Notes: generated from the sequence alone by a model not told the origin. 64,000 nt of DNA from Clostridiaceae bacterium (GCA_900759715.1 CAAEXF010000039.1:4867-68866); one strand, 5' to 3'; counted from the first letter of the stretch, positions 1 to 10,760 are shown. Made by a program: numbers and translations.

Positions 1-132
1 AGCTTCCATAACAGATTTACTTGCAAAGTTTTCTGAAGCAATAAGCTCTATTCCTTCCTCTTGTCTTGAGTTTTCTTGCGCAATAGCTGCAAATATTTTT
101 TCATCTGTATTTCTTAGATTTTCAAAATTCAC
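1..132 (-). CDS. glyA: Serine hydroxymethyltransferase, 5' part (runs off window start)
   Basis: Manual translation from GTG at 132: [51 protein letters not shown] is the SHMT motif; RBS AAAGGGGG. Confidence 0.95.
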   Translation of the reverse strand, partial: MNFENLRNTDEKIFAAIAQENSRQEEGIELIASENFASKSVMEA

Positions 133-423
133 TTTTGTAGCCCCCTTTTATTTTTAGTGATACTGTTTATAAATTGCCCCATAGTAGGATTATAAAGTAA
201 TTTTTGAAAATTATCAAGTTAATTAAAAATAATAAGTTTTATTGTTAATGTTTTAAAAAAATACAATTTTATTTATGAAATTTTAAATGGTGATATTTTA
301 AATAACATAGATAAGTTTTTATAATCAGGTTTTATAACAAAATATTATAGATCATATAAAATATAGAATAAATACATTTAAACATAACCACAATAATATT
401 ATTTAAATGATTTCAGTGTACTG

Positions 424-1482
424 TTGGAGGGGATAAATATTATTAAGAATAGATTGATTACTACTCTTATAACTATAAACCTAATATTACTTTCGATTAT
501 ACTTTTAGGAAAGATTAATTTTATTCATAGACTTGCAGCTGCATTAACTAAAGCTTGTTTGATTCCATTATTTGTTTCTTCTCTTTTATTTTATATAATC
601 AGACCTCTTAATAATAACTTTATTAAGAAAGGTATTAGTAGAGGAAAATCAAGTTTAATTACTCTTAGTATATTTCTTTTTGCATTATGTGGAATTTTAT
701 CGCATTTTAGTAAATATGCTTACTATCAATTCAATCAGATAGTTAAGCAACTTATGACTATTATTAACGATAGAAATCAAATTGATGGTTTTGTAAATTT
801 GATTAATCAATTTATTAATATTAATGAGATATATACTCTATTAGCAGGTGTAGTTAAAATATATATTATTAAAATAGGTAAAAGTTTTAAAACTATTTTA
901 GGTTATTTTATGAACACCTTCTCGGTGGTATTTCTTATATTAGTTATACTATTTTATATGTTGAAAGATGGAGATAAGTTTAAAAATAAAATAGTTTCTC
1001 TTGTACCTAAAAAATATAAAAAACTCTCGGATGAAATACTATCTGAGAGCGATTCTATACTTAGTCATTATGTCAGTGGTCAGGCAAAAGTGGCACTTGC
1101 TCTAAGTTTGATGATATTTTTAGGATACAAGATTATTGGAATGCCAAGTGCGCTACTACTCTCTACGATAACTTTTATTCTTGCGTTTATACCTTTTGTA
1201 GGCTTTTTTATTTCAATGATAATTCCTGTAGTTATTGCTCTCAGTATAGGGTGGAGGCTGGTTTTGAAGCTTGTATTGGTATTCATTATTGTACAGACTT
1301 TGAAGGGAAGGGTTGTAGTACCAACAATAATGGCTAAAAGTATGAATATACATCCTCTAACAGATATCTTTCTAGTAATAGTAGCAATAGCTGTAGGAGG
1401 ACCCTTTACAGCCTTTGCTGTAGTACCTGTATATGCGATTTTAAAAAATCTATGTATAACACTAAAATTATTTGATAGGTAA
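424..1482 (+). CDS. AI-2E (PerM/UPF0118) family transporter
   Basis: 352 aa multi-TM; FYMLKDG, FIPFVG and P..M.K.MNIHP motifs. Start codon uncertain. Confidence 0.85.
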   Translation: MEGINIIKNRLITTLITINLILLSIILLGKINFIHRLAAALTKACLIPLFVSSLLFYIIRPLNNNFIKKGISRGKSSLITLSIFLFALCGILSHFSKYAYYQFNQIVKQLMTIINDRNQIDGFVNLINQFININEIYTLLAGVVKIYIIKIGKSFKTILGYFMNTFSVVFLILVILFYMLKDGDKFKNKIVSLVPKKYKKLSDEILSESDSILSHYVSGQAKVALALSLMIFLGYKIIGMPSALLLSTITFILAFIPFVGFFISMIIPVVIALSIGWRLVLKLVLVFIIVQTLKGRVVVPTIMAKSMNIHPLTDIFLVIVAIAVGGPFTAFAVVPVYAILKNLCITLKLFDR

Positions 1483-1597
1483 TACATAAATAATGTGTTA
1501 ATAGTTAACTTAAATATTCTTTAAATGTAAAAAATGGTGTATAATCACATTGGGCTTTAATATAGACAAGCAGCTTTGAAAAAGAGTTGACATTATT

Positions 1598-2179
1598 ATG
1601 AAAGAGAGAAAAATTATGAGCTGGATTGATTTAATAAAAACATATAAACCCTGTAATGAACAAGAGGAAAAAGATAAAAGAATAATTTTGCATTGCATAA
1701 ATACATTTGATGATGTATTAACTAGAACTAATGAGATTATGCATATAACAAGTTCTACATTTATACTAAACAAAGCAAAAGATAAAACATTGATGATACA
1801 CCATAATATATATAATTCATGGTCATGGACAGGCGGGCATGCAGATGGAGAAGAAAACTTATTAGCTATTGCCATTAAAGAGGCTAGGGAAGAAACAGGA
1901 GTGAAAAATGTTAAACCTATTGTTTCAGACATATTCTCATTGGATATTTTGCCTGTGTTGGGCCATATGAAAAATGGGAAATATGTATCTGCCCATTTAC
2001 ATTTGTCCGTTGCTTACCTAGTTGAGGTCAATGAAGATGAATTACTTGTTGTTAAATCAGATGAAAATAGTGATGTTAAATGGATTCCAATAGAAAAAGT
2101 AAATGAATATAGCAATGAACCTCATATGCAGAAGTTATATGATAAATTAATATTAAAAATTAAGGAATCAAATATTTAA
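1598..2179 (+). CDS. NUDIX hydrolase
   Basis: Nudix box GGHADGEENLLAIAIKEAREETG; true start may be ATG 1616. Confidence 0.9.
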   Translation: MKERKIMSWIDLIKTYKPCNEQEEKDKRIILHCINTFDDVLTRTNEIMHITSSTFILNKAKDKTLMIHHNIYNSWSWTGGHADGEENLLAIAIKEAREETGVKNVKPIVSDIFSLDILPVLGHMKNGKYVSAHLHLSVAYLVEVNEDELLVVKSDENSDVKWIPIEKVNEYSNEPHMQKLYDKLILKIKESNI

Positions 2180-2274
2180 GAGAAACTAACCAGAAAGTTA
2201 CCTTTCGGTCTAGTACTTTTATATTATCAAAAACAACTACAATATATTTAGACTTACAAAAAGGAGCGACATTT

Positions 2275-3393
2275 ATGAATAAAACAAGACTAAAGGAAAT
2301 TGATATTTTAAGAGCTATTGCATTTATTTTTGTTGTGGCACAACATACGGTGGGTGGCTTTTCTAATGTTGAAGGTATTAATTTTTTTGATTACACGATA
2401 TTAAAGTTTTTGTATGTTATGGCTAAAACAGCAGTTCCAATCTTTCTTTTTATAAGTGGACTATCTCTTTTTTATGTTTACTCAGATAAATTTGATTGGA
2501 AAAAGTACTATATTAAGAGAGTTAAATATATTTTTATACCTTATATAATATGGTCAGCAATTAATATGATTAAACTTGGTAATACAGAGAGATTTAGAGA
2601 TTTTATAGTACAAGTTATAGCAGGTAATGGAGGATTTCACTTATGGTATATGGGGATGATCGTGAGATTATACTTATTTTTCCCAATAATACTTTTTGTA
2701 GCAAAAAAAGTTCATTTAATGGGCACTAAAGTTAGAAAAGCAGTTTTTATAGGATTAGTTGTTTTATATTATTTTATATCAAAGTATCAAAATAGTATAT
2801 CCGACAATATTAGTTTTCTTATATTCAGGAATCCATCTGAAATACAGCATAGAATTGTAAACATATCTATATTATTTTGGTTTTTATATTTTGTCTTAGG
2901 AATTTATTTTGCTTTAAATTATAGTTATTTTAAAAAGAAAGTTTTAGAGTATAAAGGTATAGTACTAGTAGGCTATTTTTTACTGTTTATATATGCCTAT
3001 TTAAATGAAGTAAACATTGTAGGATTTGTTAGGGTACTATCTTTATTATACCCAGTATTTTCGATATTGGTCTTTTATATAATATGTGTCTTTTTATCAG
3101 ATAAAAATAGAATTTATAATGTAATGAACTTTATAGGTAAATACTCCTTTGTATCTTATATGGCACATATTATAGTCATAAATTATGTTGTTAATGAAAT
3201 CAGAATCAACTTATATATCAAAGATTACTTAGTTTTAGGAGTTTTAGCGTGGATTATAACGGTAATAATAACACCAGTTTTATTCAGTATAGTTAGTTAT
3301 ATTCCATACTCACAATATATAACTGGCGTTAAGAGTAAAAATATATTGAATATAAGAACTTTATTTAGTAATGAATACAAGGAATCTGCTTAA
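2275..3393 (+). CDS. Acyltransferase-3 family membrane O-acyltransferase
   Basis: IDILRAIA..FVVAQH, VPIFLFISG and HLWY motifs; about 10 TM segments. Confidence 0.9.
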   Translation: MNKTRLKEIDILRAIAFIFVVAQHTVGGFSNVEGINFFDYTILKFLYVMAKTAVPIFLFISGLSLFYVYSDKFDWKKYYIKRVKYIFIPYIIWSAINMIKLGNTERFRDFIVQVIAGNGGFHLWYMGMIVRLYLFFPIILFVAKKVHLMGTKVRKAVFIGLVVLYYFISKYQNSISDNISFLIFRNPSEIQHRIVNISILFWFLYFVLGIYFALNYSYFKKKVLEYKGIVLVGYFLLFIYAYLNEVNIVGFVRVLSLLYPVFSILVFYIICVFLSDKNRIYNVMNFIGKYSFVSYMAHIIVINYVVNEIRINLYIKDYLVLGVLAWIITVIITPVLFSIVSYIPYSQYITGVKSKNILNIRTLFSNEYKESA

Positions 3394-3448
3394 TAATTTC
3401 GATTTCACCTCTTTACTATGAATGGTCACTAAACAAATTTTAAAAATA

Positions 3449-3492
3449 AAAAACTTTGAATACCGCCCTAACTTGGGATATTCAAAGTTTTT
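3449..3492. terminator. Bidirectional intrinsic terminator
   Basis: AAAAACTTTGAATA...TATTCAAAGTTTTT between convergent genes. Confidence 0.8.
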
Positions 3493-3498
3493 ACTTGA

Positions 3499-4923
3499 TT
3501 ATAATAGTGATGAAAACACTCTGCAAAAGGCCTCAAATGTCTTGACCAATGGTGAAAGATTATTAAAATAGTTTTCAGTAACCCGCTTACTTACTTTTAA
3601 ATCTTGAAAAAATAGATTTTCAAGCTGTTCAGTAATCTCTTCATCATAAATTACAGCATTTATTTCATAGTTTAATACATAGCTTCTAATATCCATATTT
3701 GCGGTGCCGATAGTGCATATTTTGCCGTCGACAGAGGTTGTTTTTGCGTGTATAAAACCCTTGGGGTTGTAGAAGTGAACCGCTACTCCAGTTTTGATTA
3801 AGTCTTCAAGATAAGTTCTTGAGGCAAAATAAACTAAAATATGATCATACCTTGCTGGAAAAAGTATATGAACATCAACTCCGCTTAGTACAGCAATTTT
3901 TAATGAATTAATTATACTTTCACTAGGAATAAAATAAGGAGTTGTTATATAAATGTGATCTTTTGCCATATTTATCATTTTTATAACAGCCTGCTCTATG
4001 GCAGGAAACTCTGAGTCAGGACCACTTTTTACAAGCTGCATTAACTTACCTTCTCCACCTTCTGTTTCAGGAAAAAACTCATCAAAGTCATCTCCGTAGT
4101 AAAAAAATTCTTCGTTAGCTTCTTTTATCGTAGCAAAGTCGTCTAAAAATACTGCTTGAAGACCATATACAAAGTCTCCTTTAACCATAATATGAGTGTC
4201 TCGCCAGTAACCGAATTTACTGCGACCTACATATTCATCACCTATATTTATTCCGCCTATAAATCCAACTTTCCCGTCAATTACAACTATTTTTCTATGA
4301 TTGCGATAATTAATTTGAGTATTAATTTTTCTAAGAATTGGAGCTAAAAAGTAAGAGTATTGTACTATGTCTACTCCTACAGCTTTTAATTCCTTAATAT
4401 AATTTTTACTTAGCTTTATACATCCGACTCTATCCAGTATTAATCTGATTTTAACTCCTTCTAGAGATTTTTTTATCAGTATGTCCTTTATTTCATTACC
4501 AATTTCATCACTTTTTACTATATAGTATTCCATATGAATATGACTTTTAGCTTTCAGTAATTCCTCTTTTAATGCTTCAAACTTTTCGATACCATCCTTA
4601 TAAATTTTAATGCTATTACTGTTAAAAAGAGGAGACTCACTATTTTTCGATAATAATTCTATTAAAGGAGCATAGGTATGGTCTTTTATACCTTTCATCG
4701 CTTCATATATTAATCTTTCAATATTTATTCTTGTTTCATCATGAAGCTTATGTTTTTTCCAGTTACGTCCCAAAAAAATATATAAAAATAATCCTACTGG
4801 TGGAACTAATATAAAAACTAGCAGCCAGGCTATAGTTTTTTCGGGATTTTTCCTTTCTAGCACTATTACAAATATAGATATAATGGCATTAAAGGCAATT
4901 ATCCAGTATAAAGCTGACCTCAT
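3499..4923 (-). CDS. cls: Cardiolipin synthase
   Basis: Two HKD motifs (NHRKIVVIDG, HAKTTSVDG) and an N-terminal TM hairpin. Confidence 0.95.
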   Translation of the reverse strand: MRSALYWIIAFNAIISIFVIVLERKNPEKTIAWLLVFILVPPVGLFLYIFLGRNWKKHKLHDETRINIERLIYEAMKGIKDHTYAPLIELLSKNSESPLFNSNSIKIYKDGIEKFEALKEELLKAKSHIHMEYYIVKSDEIGNEIKDILIKKSLEGVKIRLILDRVGCIKLSKNYIKELKAVGVDIVQYSYFLAPILRKINTQINYRNHRKIVVIDGKVGFIGGINIGDEYVGRSKFGYWRDTHIMVKGDFVYGLQAVFLDDFATIKEANEEFFYYGDDFDEFFPETEGGEGKLMQLVKSGPDSEFPAIEQAVIKMINMAKDHIYITTPYFIPSESIINSLKIAVLSGVDVHILFPARYDHILVYFASRTYLEDLIKTGVAVHFYNPKGFIHAKTTSVDGKICTIGTANMDIRSYVLNYEINAVIYDEEITEQLENLFFQDLKVSKRVTENYFNNLSPLVKTFEAFCRVFSSLL

Positions 4924-5120
4924 GTTGCATTACACCTCCCATTATAAGAATGTTTATAACTTACAGCTAAAAAATGTGCTTCATTAGGATATAATAAAAA
5001 TAATACTCTTATTATCGAAGGAAATAAAGGATTTTATAGTGAAACATAGAATATTTTATATTTATAGAATACACCTATGATAATAAATTTAAACATAATT
5101 ATTTGAGAGGATGAAGAATT

Positions 5121-5225
5121 ATGGAATTTGATAAAATAATATATTATGGCTCAACACCGTTTTTTGTACTATTATTTATATTTTTAGTTGTTCTTCTTGT
5201 TAAACAAATAAAGAAGAATAGATAA
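5121..5225 (+). CDS. 34-aa single-TM small protein (not in ORF track)
   Basis: MEFDKIIYYGSTPFFVLLFIFLVVLLVKQIKKNR; RBS GAGAGG upstream; own terminator at 5243-5273. Confidence 0.65.
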   Translation: MEFDKIIYYGSTPFFVLLFIFLVVLLVKQIKKNR

Positions 5226-5242
5226 GTTAGCCTAGTTTTTAT

Positions 5243-5273
5243 TAGCATCTTTTAATTTAAGATGCTATTTTTT
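5243..5273 (+). terminator. Intrinsic terminator
   Basis: TAGCATCTT-loop-AAGATGCTA followed by a T run. Confidence 0.75.
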
Positions 5274-5354
5274 ATTTTTGTTTCTTATTCTTTCAAAAGG
5301 AATAGACTATAACTTTAAAACACAAAATAACTTGTAATATAAAATATTAAGGAA

Positions 5355-5816
5355 GTGATTAATAGTATGTCAATGACAACTGTAAAAACAACAACTAGAA
5401 AATTTGAGCAAGGTAATGCTGTAAGATGTGAATGTAATGGATTTAGTATTATACTAGAACCAACTTCAACAACACAAGGCGCAAACGCTAATATGAATCC
5501 TATGGAAGCAGTTCTTTGCGCATTAGGTGGCTGTGAAGCACTTGTTTCGATGAATTATGCTAAAAGTAATAATATCAATTTAAAAGATGTTTATGTTGAG
5601 ATTGAAGGGAACTTAGATTCAGATGGTATGTCAGTACAAAATGTTAAGCCAGGTTTTAATGATATAAAATGTAATGTATATCTGGATACTGATGCAAACG
5701 ATGAGCAAGTCAAAGCATTAACAGATTTCATAAATAACAAGGGACCAGTAGTAGATACTATTAAAAATCCAGTTCAATTAGATATAAAAAGTGTGGTAAG
5801 AGCATCAGTGAAATAG
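5355..5816 (+). CDS. OsmC/Ohr family protein
   Basis: NPMEAVLCALGGC, VEIEGNLD and PGF.DI motifs; probable start ATG 5367. Confidence 0.85.
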   Translation: MINSMSMTTVKTTTRKFEQGNAVRCECNGFSIILEPTSTTQGANANMNPMEAVLCALGGCEALVSMNYAKSNNINLKDVYVEIEGNLDSDGMSVQNVKPGFNDIKCNVYLDTDANDEQVKALTDFINNKGPVVDTIKNPVQLDIKSVVRASVK

Positions 5817-5940
5817 GTTGAATATTATGATTTTATTGCAGGAAAGTACTAAATTTTAACACCTTCCTGCATTTTCATAATGTATATTTTAACTTTTTAT
5901 GGTACAATTCTATTAATAAGTTTACAAGGGGGATACACGA

Positions 5941-7494
5941 ATGAAAAAAATAGTTAGTTTAGTTGCAGCTGCTGCTATTACATTAGGAATTTCAAATGTA
6001 GCATTTGCAAAAGATGGGTTCAATGTTAGTAGATTGTATGGAGCTGATAGATATAAAACATCTATTAGTATTTCAAACAACTTCAACAGTGGAACAGTTC
6101 AAAATATTATAATTGCAAGTGGGAAGGATTTTCCGGATGCTTTAGCTGGAAGTGTACTTTCTAAAAAACTAAATGCGCCAATAGTGTTGGCTGGTGGAAC
6201 TGTAAATGATAGCGCAGATAGCATACAGTACATAAAAGACCATTTGGATAAGAATGGAACTATATATTTATTAGGTGGAACAGCATCTATTAGCAATGAA
6301 TTTGTGGACTATATGAAGAATCAAGGCTATAATAACTTTGTTAGATTAGGTGGAAAAGACAGATTTGATACTAATAAGTATATTGTAAACTCAATGAATG
6401 TAGAAAAGGGAACTCCTGTAGTTATAGCAAATGCTTATGGATTTGCTGATGCATTAAGTGTTTCAAGTATTGCAGCACAAAAAGGATATCCTATAATAAT
6501 GACTTCAACATCAAGCTTATCTGATGAAGCTAAAGATATGATTAAAAATATTGAGCCTAGCCAAGTATATATAATAGGTGGGTATGCTTCAGTTGGAGAT
6601 AATGTTGTAAATCAAATAAAAGGCATGCTTCCATCATTATCAAATGATAAGATAATAAAATTAGCAGGACAAGATAGATATGAGACTTCATTAAGTGTGT
6701 GTAAACACTTTAACTTAGATACTGATACAGCTGTAATTGCAAATGGAGAGAATTTCCCAGATGCATTATCAGGTAGTGCATTAGCATCAAAGCTTAATGC
6801 TCCAATAGTACTTGTTGATGGACAAGATATAACTAAACAAAAGGACTTTATATATGGAGGCAATTTTAAAAATATAGTTCTACTTGGAGGATATGGCTCA
6901 GTAGATTTTCCAGTTGAGTATTTATTAAAGGGTTCAGCATATATAACTCAAGAAGAAAGAGATTATGTAAATAAACTAACAGAATACTGTGACGGTTATA
7001 AGACTGAGAGTACAAAGGCTGAAAATTATTTTCAAGATGTTATGAATAAGGTTACATCAGAAGATATGTTAGCAGGTTTTGAAAATCCTGATACAATGAT
7101 GAGTACATTAGATAAGTTTATTGAACTATATAAAGGTTGTAGCTCTGCTATGGACACGTACAAGCAAAATTTAGTTAGTTTAAGAGATAAAGCTTCTAGT
7201 CTTCAAGCACCAAATGGAATTGAAGCTCTTAAACAATCCTATATAAACAATATAAACCTTGATATACAGTCTGCAGATAAAGCTAGTACTTTATTAAACT
7301 CTTATGTGAATGCCTTTAGTTCCTTTAGAGATGCTGTTAGTTCCGGTGACGAAAGCAAAATTGAAGAAGCTGTTAACAACTTACAAAGCGTTGGATCAAG
7401 CAGTCTTGAAGAACTTAACAGCTTAAAGGGTGGAGATCAAGGTATTAATGCATTGAAAGAAAAGTTAGTAAAGATAAAATCTAATATGGATTAA
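5941..7494 (+). CDS. Cell wall-binding repeat 2 (CWB2) surface protein with helical C-terminal domain
   Basis: Signal peptide; three repeats of RL.G.DRY.T / FPDAL / PI(V/I)L. Confidence 0.92.
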   Translation: MKKIVSLVAAAAITLGISNVAFAKDGFNVSRLYGADRYKTSISISNNFNSGTVQNIIIASGKDFPDALAGSVLSKKLNAPIVLAGGTVNDSADSIQYIKDHLDKNGTIYLLGGTASISNEFVDYMKNQGYNNFVRLGGKDRFDTNKYIVNSMNVEKGTPVVIANAYGFADALSVSSIAAQKGYPIIMTSTSSLSDEAKDMIKNIEPSQVYIIGGYASVGDNVVNQIKGMLPSLSNDKIIKLAGQDRYETSLSVCKHFNLDTDTAVIANGENFPDALSGSALASKLNAPIVLVDGQDITKQKDFIYGGNFKNIVLLGGYGSVDFPVEYLLKGSAYITQEERDYVNKLTEYCDGYKTESTKAENYFQDVMNKVTSEDMLAGFENPDTMMSTLDKFIELYKGCSSAMDTYKQNLVSLRDKASSLQAPNGIEALKQSYINNINLDIQSADKASTLLNSYVNAFSSFRDAVSSGDESKIEEAVNNLQSVGSSSLEELNSLKGGDQGINALKEKLVKIKSNMD

Positions 7495-7533
7495 TAATAA
7501 ATGACAGGTTTGCACAAACCTGTCATTTATTAT
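7494..7533. terminator. Bidirectional terminator
   Basis: 19-bp arms ATAATAAATGACAGGTTTG / CAAACCTGTCATTTATTAT. Confidence 0.85.
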
Positions 7534-7579
7534 AATTGTATAAAAGTTTTATTCTATGTATACCTAAAAATAATAGTTC

Positions 7580-8503
7580 TTAGACTTTATCTATTTCAGG
7601 CATAATTTCAACATCTTTCTTTTCTTTATTGCCAAAAAAGGTTGAGAGCAAAATAAATGCTCCTCCTATGATTTGAAGTAAGGTTAAGCTTTCGTTCAAA
7701 AATATAGTGCTAAAAATAACAGCAGAAATTGGATCTATATAGCTTACTACGGCTACTGTCTGAGCCTTTACATCTTTTATTGCAGAGAAGTACACAACAT
7801 AAGGTATTCCTGTATGAACTATTCCCACAATCAATATAAAAATTGCTGTTTTCATGCTAGATATATGAAGGTTATTTCTATAGAGTATAATAGGCAGAAG
7901 AAGTAATGCTGCAGTGGAAATTTGGATAACTGTCATTTCATATCCAGATAGACCTTTAATATATTTGTTCAGTAAAACTACTGAAGCATAGAATATAGCT
8001 GCAATAAGTCCAAATATAACACCTTTAGTATGGTTAAATGCAATATTTGCAGTTGTTGCTTGATTACTCATTATTAAAAAAAGACCAGCCATAGCGCCTA
8101 TAACAGCGAATAACTTTGACTTAGTGAACTTTTCTTTTAGTACAAAAGGAGATAGTAGTATTACAAATACAGGAGCACAATAATAGCTTAAAGTAGCATT
8201 AGAGACAGTAGTATACTTATAGGATTGAAAAAGAAATATCCAGTTTAATCCCATAGCTACGCCTGAAGCAATAAGAAAACAAATGTTTTTCTTTCTATTT
8301 TTTCTTTGGTTTTCATCTAATTCTATTTTTTTATTATTTTCTTTACCAAATTTAAGGACTGCACCATATAATATAAGTACAGCACTAGCTATAATTGCCC
8401 GTAAAAAAACTGTTTCCATTGAAGGTAAGTCGATGTTTTTTACAAAGAGACCTACACTTCCCCATATAACCATAGAAATAATAATTTTAAACAATGAATT
8501 CAA
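7580..8503 (-). CDS. DMT/EamA family transporter
   Basis: About 10 TM in two EamA repeats; IWGSVG and P.FVILLSPFVLKE motifs. Confidence 0.9.
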   Translation of the reverse strand: MNSLFKIIISMVIWGSVGLFVKNIDLPSMETVFLRAIIASAVLILYGAVLKFGKENNKKIELDENQRKNRKKNICFLIASGVAMGLNWIFLFQSYKYTTVSNATLSYYCAPVFVILLSPFVLKEKFTKSKLFAVIGAMAGLFLIMSNQATTANIAFNHTKGVIFGLIAAIFYASVVLLNKYIKGLSGYEMTVIQISTAALLLLPIILYRNNLHISSMKTAIFILIVGIVHTGIPYVVYFSAIKDVKAQTVAVVSYIDPISAVIFSTIFLNESLTLLQIIGGAFILLSTFFGNKEKKDVEIMPEIDKV

Positions 8504-8699
8504 GAATAAAACCCCCCATAGAACGTTAGTTAAACATACAATAATATTCGTTATAGAATATCATAGCAATAGTTGTAAGTTAATTCAATGACAATTTAAA
8601 ATATTATAAATTAAACAATTTTCATAATTTTTGACAAGTGTAATCATAATAAAGCTATGATATAATTATAATATAAATGTGAATTAATTTAATCTATTA

Positions 8700-9110
8700 G
8701 TGGGAGGGAAAAATTTGCTTAAATGTGAAGTATGTGGTAAGCAAGCGGATAAACACCATATAGTGTATAGAAGCCAAGGAGGCGTGGATTTCCCGCTTAA
8801 CTTTAAATATCTTTGTTCTGAACACCATAGGGGGAAGAACGGACCGCATAAAAGCAGAAGGCTTGATTTAGAATGCAAACTCGAATTGCAGCAAAGATTA
8901 AATGATTTATTATATAGAGACTACTATAAAATAGATGAGTTAGTATATCTTCTTCAAATAAATAAGGGTATGTTGAAGAGGCTTTTAAAAGATTATAGGG
9001 TATATAAAGAAGGGTATAAAAAGACAGATATAATATATAGACTAATGGGTAGAAAAGTATACACAGAAGACATGTTAGAAGAATATTATGATTTTATAGC
9101 AAACTTTTAA
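8700..9110 (+). CDS. HNH endonuclease-like protein
   Basis: CEVC...HHIVYRSQGG...N..YLCSEHH zinc-binding HNH pattern. Confidence 0.8.
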   Translation: MGGKNLLKCEVCGKQADKHHIVYRSQGGVDFPLNFKYLCSEHHRGKNGPHKSRRLDLECKLELQQRLNDLLYRDYYKIDELVYLLQINKGMLKRLLKDYRVYKEGYKKTDIIYRLMGRKVYTEDMLEEYYDFIANF

Positions 9111-9190
9111 ATTTTATCTATTAGTATTAAATTAAATATTATGAAACGAAATTGGCTATCTAGTATTTTAATGCATAAAATATACAGATG

Positions 9191-9234
9191 AAAAATGACA
9201 AGTGATAAAATTATAAAAGTCACTTGTCATTTTC
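9191..9234 (+). terminator. Intrinsic terminator
   Basis: AAAATGACAAGTGA...TCACTTGTCATTTT inverted repeat. Confidence 0.7.
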
Positions 9235-9426
9235 TATAATCTGTGGTAAATATAGATTATCAACAAATTAATTTTCTTAATAATTTGTAAATTGAAATAA
9301 AATGAAAATAAAATTTTATTTCGATTCACTATATCGTATATTTTTAGAATAACTAGGCGTATTAGGTCTCAAACTGAAAACTCTAGATATGTTTCTAAAA
9401 GTTTATGGGAGAAGGGGGCAACAAAA

Positions 9427-9615
9427 ATGAGAGAGGACATATTGATGCTTTTAAGTTTGGAAGAAATTGAAAACACGATTAAAGGTTTGAAAATAGCATT
9501 GGAACACGTTGATAAGAATAAAGTGGACATAGATGAAAATATGGAGGAACGTATAACTGACATGTTAAGAAAACTTCTATATGTTAAAACTGAATACTCA
9601 AATAAAGCTGACTAG
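9427..9615 (+). CDS. Small hypothetical protein
   Basis: 62 aa; RBS AAGGGGG; downstream hairpin AAATGCCTTACAG..TTGTAAGGCATTT. Confidence 0.7.
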   Translation: MREDILMLLSLEEIENTIKGLKIALEHVDKNKVDIDENMEERITDMLRKLLYVKTEYSNKAD

Positions 9616-9862
9616 AATTATTAATTAAATGCCTTACAGTATGTTAACTTCAATTGTAAGGCATTTAGCTTAAATTTTACAGTTGTATAGAAAGATTTAT
9701 ATGAGGCAAAATATATCTGTAGTACTTAAAAGGATTAGGAGGATTAAAATTAGATTATATAAAGGGTGTATATTAAAAGTTATAAATATGTAAAAAATGT
9801 AAATTTATTGACGCTATACATAAAATATTATTGTAAAATATACATATAATTAATAAAGGAAT

Positions 9863-10294
9863 GTGAAGAATATGAATATAGCATTTTTTCTTACACCAAA
9901 GAGTGACGTAGTTTATGCAACTTTAAGTACAACGATGGGACAAGTGCTAGAACTGATGGAAAAAGAAAGATATACGGCGATCCCAATTATTGATGATAAG
10001 GGTAAATATGTAGGGACTTTAACAGAAGGAGATTTACTTTGGAAGCTAAAAAATACTTCTGGATTAAATTTTAATAATGCATACGATGTGATGCTTAGGG
10101 AAGTACCAAGACGTAGGTGTAATAAGTCTGTTTTTATTGATTCAAACATAGAAGACCTATTAAGGCTTTCAGTAAATCAAAATTTTGTCCCAGTGGTGGA
10201 TGACAATAGAACTTTCATAGGGATAATAAAAAGAAGTGAGATCATTAATTATTTTTATGATACTTTATTTAGTAAAGATAAGAGTATAGTATAG
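9863..10294 (+). CDS. CBS-domain protein (YkuL/DarB-like)
   Basis: YTAIPIIDDKGKYVGTLTEGDL and NFVPVVDD..FIGII CBS pair; likely start ATG 9872. Confidence 0.88.
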   Translation: MKNMNIAFFLTPKSDVVYATLSTTMGQVLELMEKERYTAIPIIDDKGKYVGTLTEGDLLWKLKNTSGLNFNNAYDVMLREVPRRRCNKSVFIDSNIEDLLRLSVNQNFVPVVDDNRTFIGIIKRSEIINYFYDTLFSKDKSIV

Positions 10295-10307
10295 GTATGA
10301 ACTAAAG

Positions 10308-10357
10308 TCCCTCTAGTTTTGTCCAGAGGCAATATGCATAAGACAAAACTAGAGGGA
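10308..10357. terminator. Bidirectional terminator
   Basis: TCCCTCTAGTTTTGTC...GACAAAACTAGAGGGA. Confidence 0.8.
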
Positions 10358-10362
10358 TGTTT

Positions 10363-10551
10363 TTAAAAGTGTGAACCGTTATCATTATTACGCATAACTC
10401 TTCCCTTTGCCTGATAAATAGAGTCATTACCGTGGTCCATATATCCAGTTGTTGAACCTAAACTATTTTCATTATGATCTTTCATAGATTGTGCTACGGA
10501 ATTTAGGATGCTATTTGAACTATCTTTTTTAAATACCTTTTTCTTACTCAT
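10363..10551 (-). CDS. Small hydrophilic protein, possibly spore-associated
   Basis: 62 aa; RBS AAAGGTGAG; directly downstream of the 10613-10738 ORF. Confidence 0.6.
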   Translation of the reverse strand: MSKKKVFKKDSSNSILNSVAQSMKDHNENSLGSTTGYMDHGNDSIYQAKGRVMRNNDNGSHF

Positions 10552-10612
10552 AAATTCATCTCACCTTTATAATTTTATTTAATAAATAAATCTTTTAATT
10601 CATATTAAAAGA

Positions 10613-10738
10613 TTACTTTGCTGAAAATTTTCCTGATAGTCCAGGTGTTTCTTTAGCAGCTCTTCGTGTTTCTTGATTTTTATCTTTGTACTTATATTCC
10701 TTGTCTTTTGTAAATACCTCAACTTTTTTCTTAACCAT
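10613..10738 (-). CDS. 41-aa basic protein (not in ORF track), possibly spore-associated
   Basis: MVKKKVEVFTKDKEYKYKDKNQETRRAAKETPGLSGKFSAK; RBS AAAGGGGAG. Confidence 0.65.
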   Translation of the reverse strand: MVKKKVEVFTKDKEYKYKDKNQETRRAAKETPGLSGKFSAK

Positions 10739-10760
10739 TTATAACTCCCCTTTCAGAGTT

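Noticed and set aside
8600..9240. Group I intron or prophage around the HNH gene
   Set aside because: No interrupted host gene, intron core or phage genes are visible.
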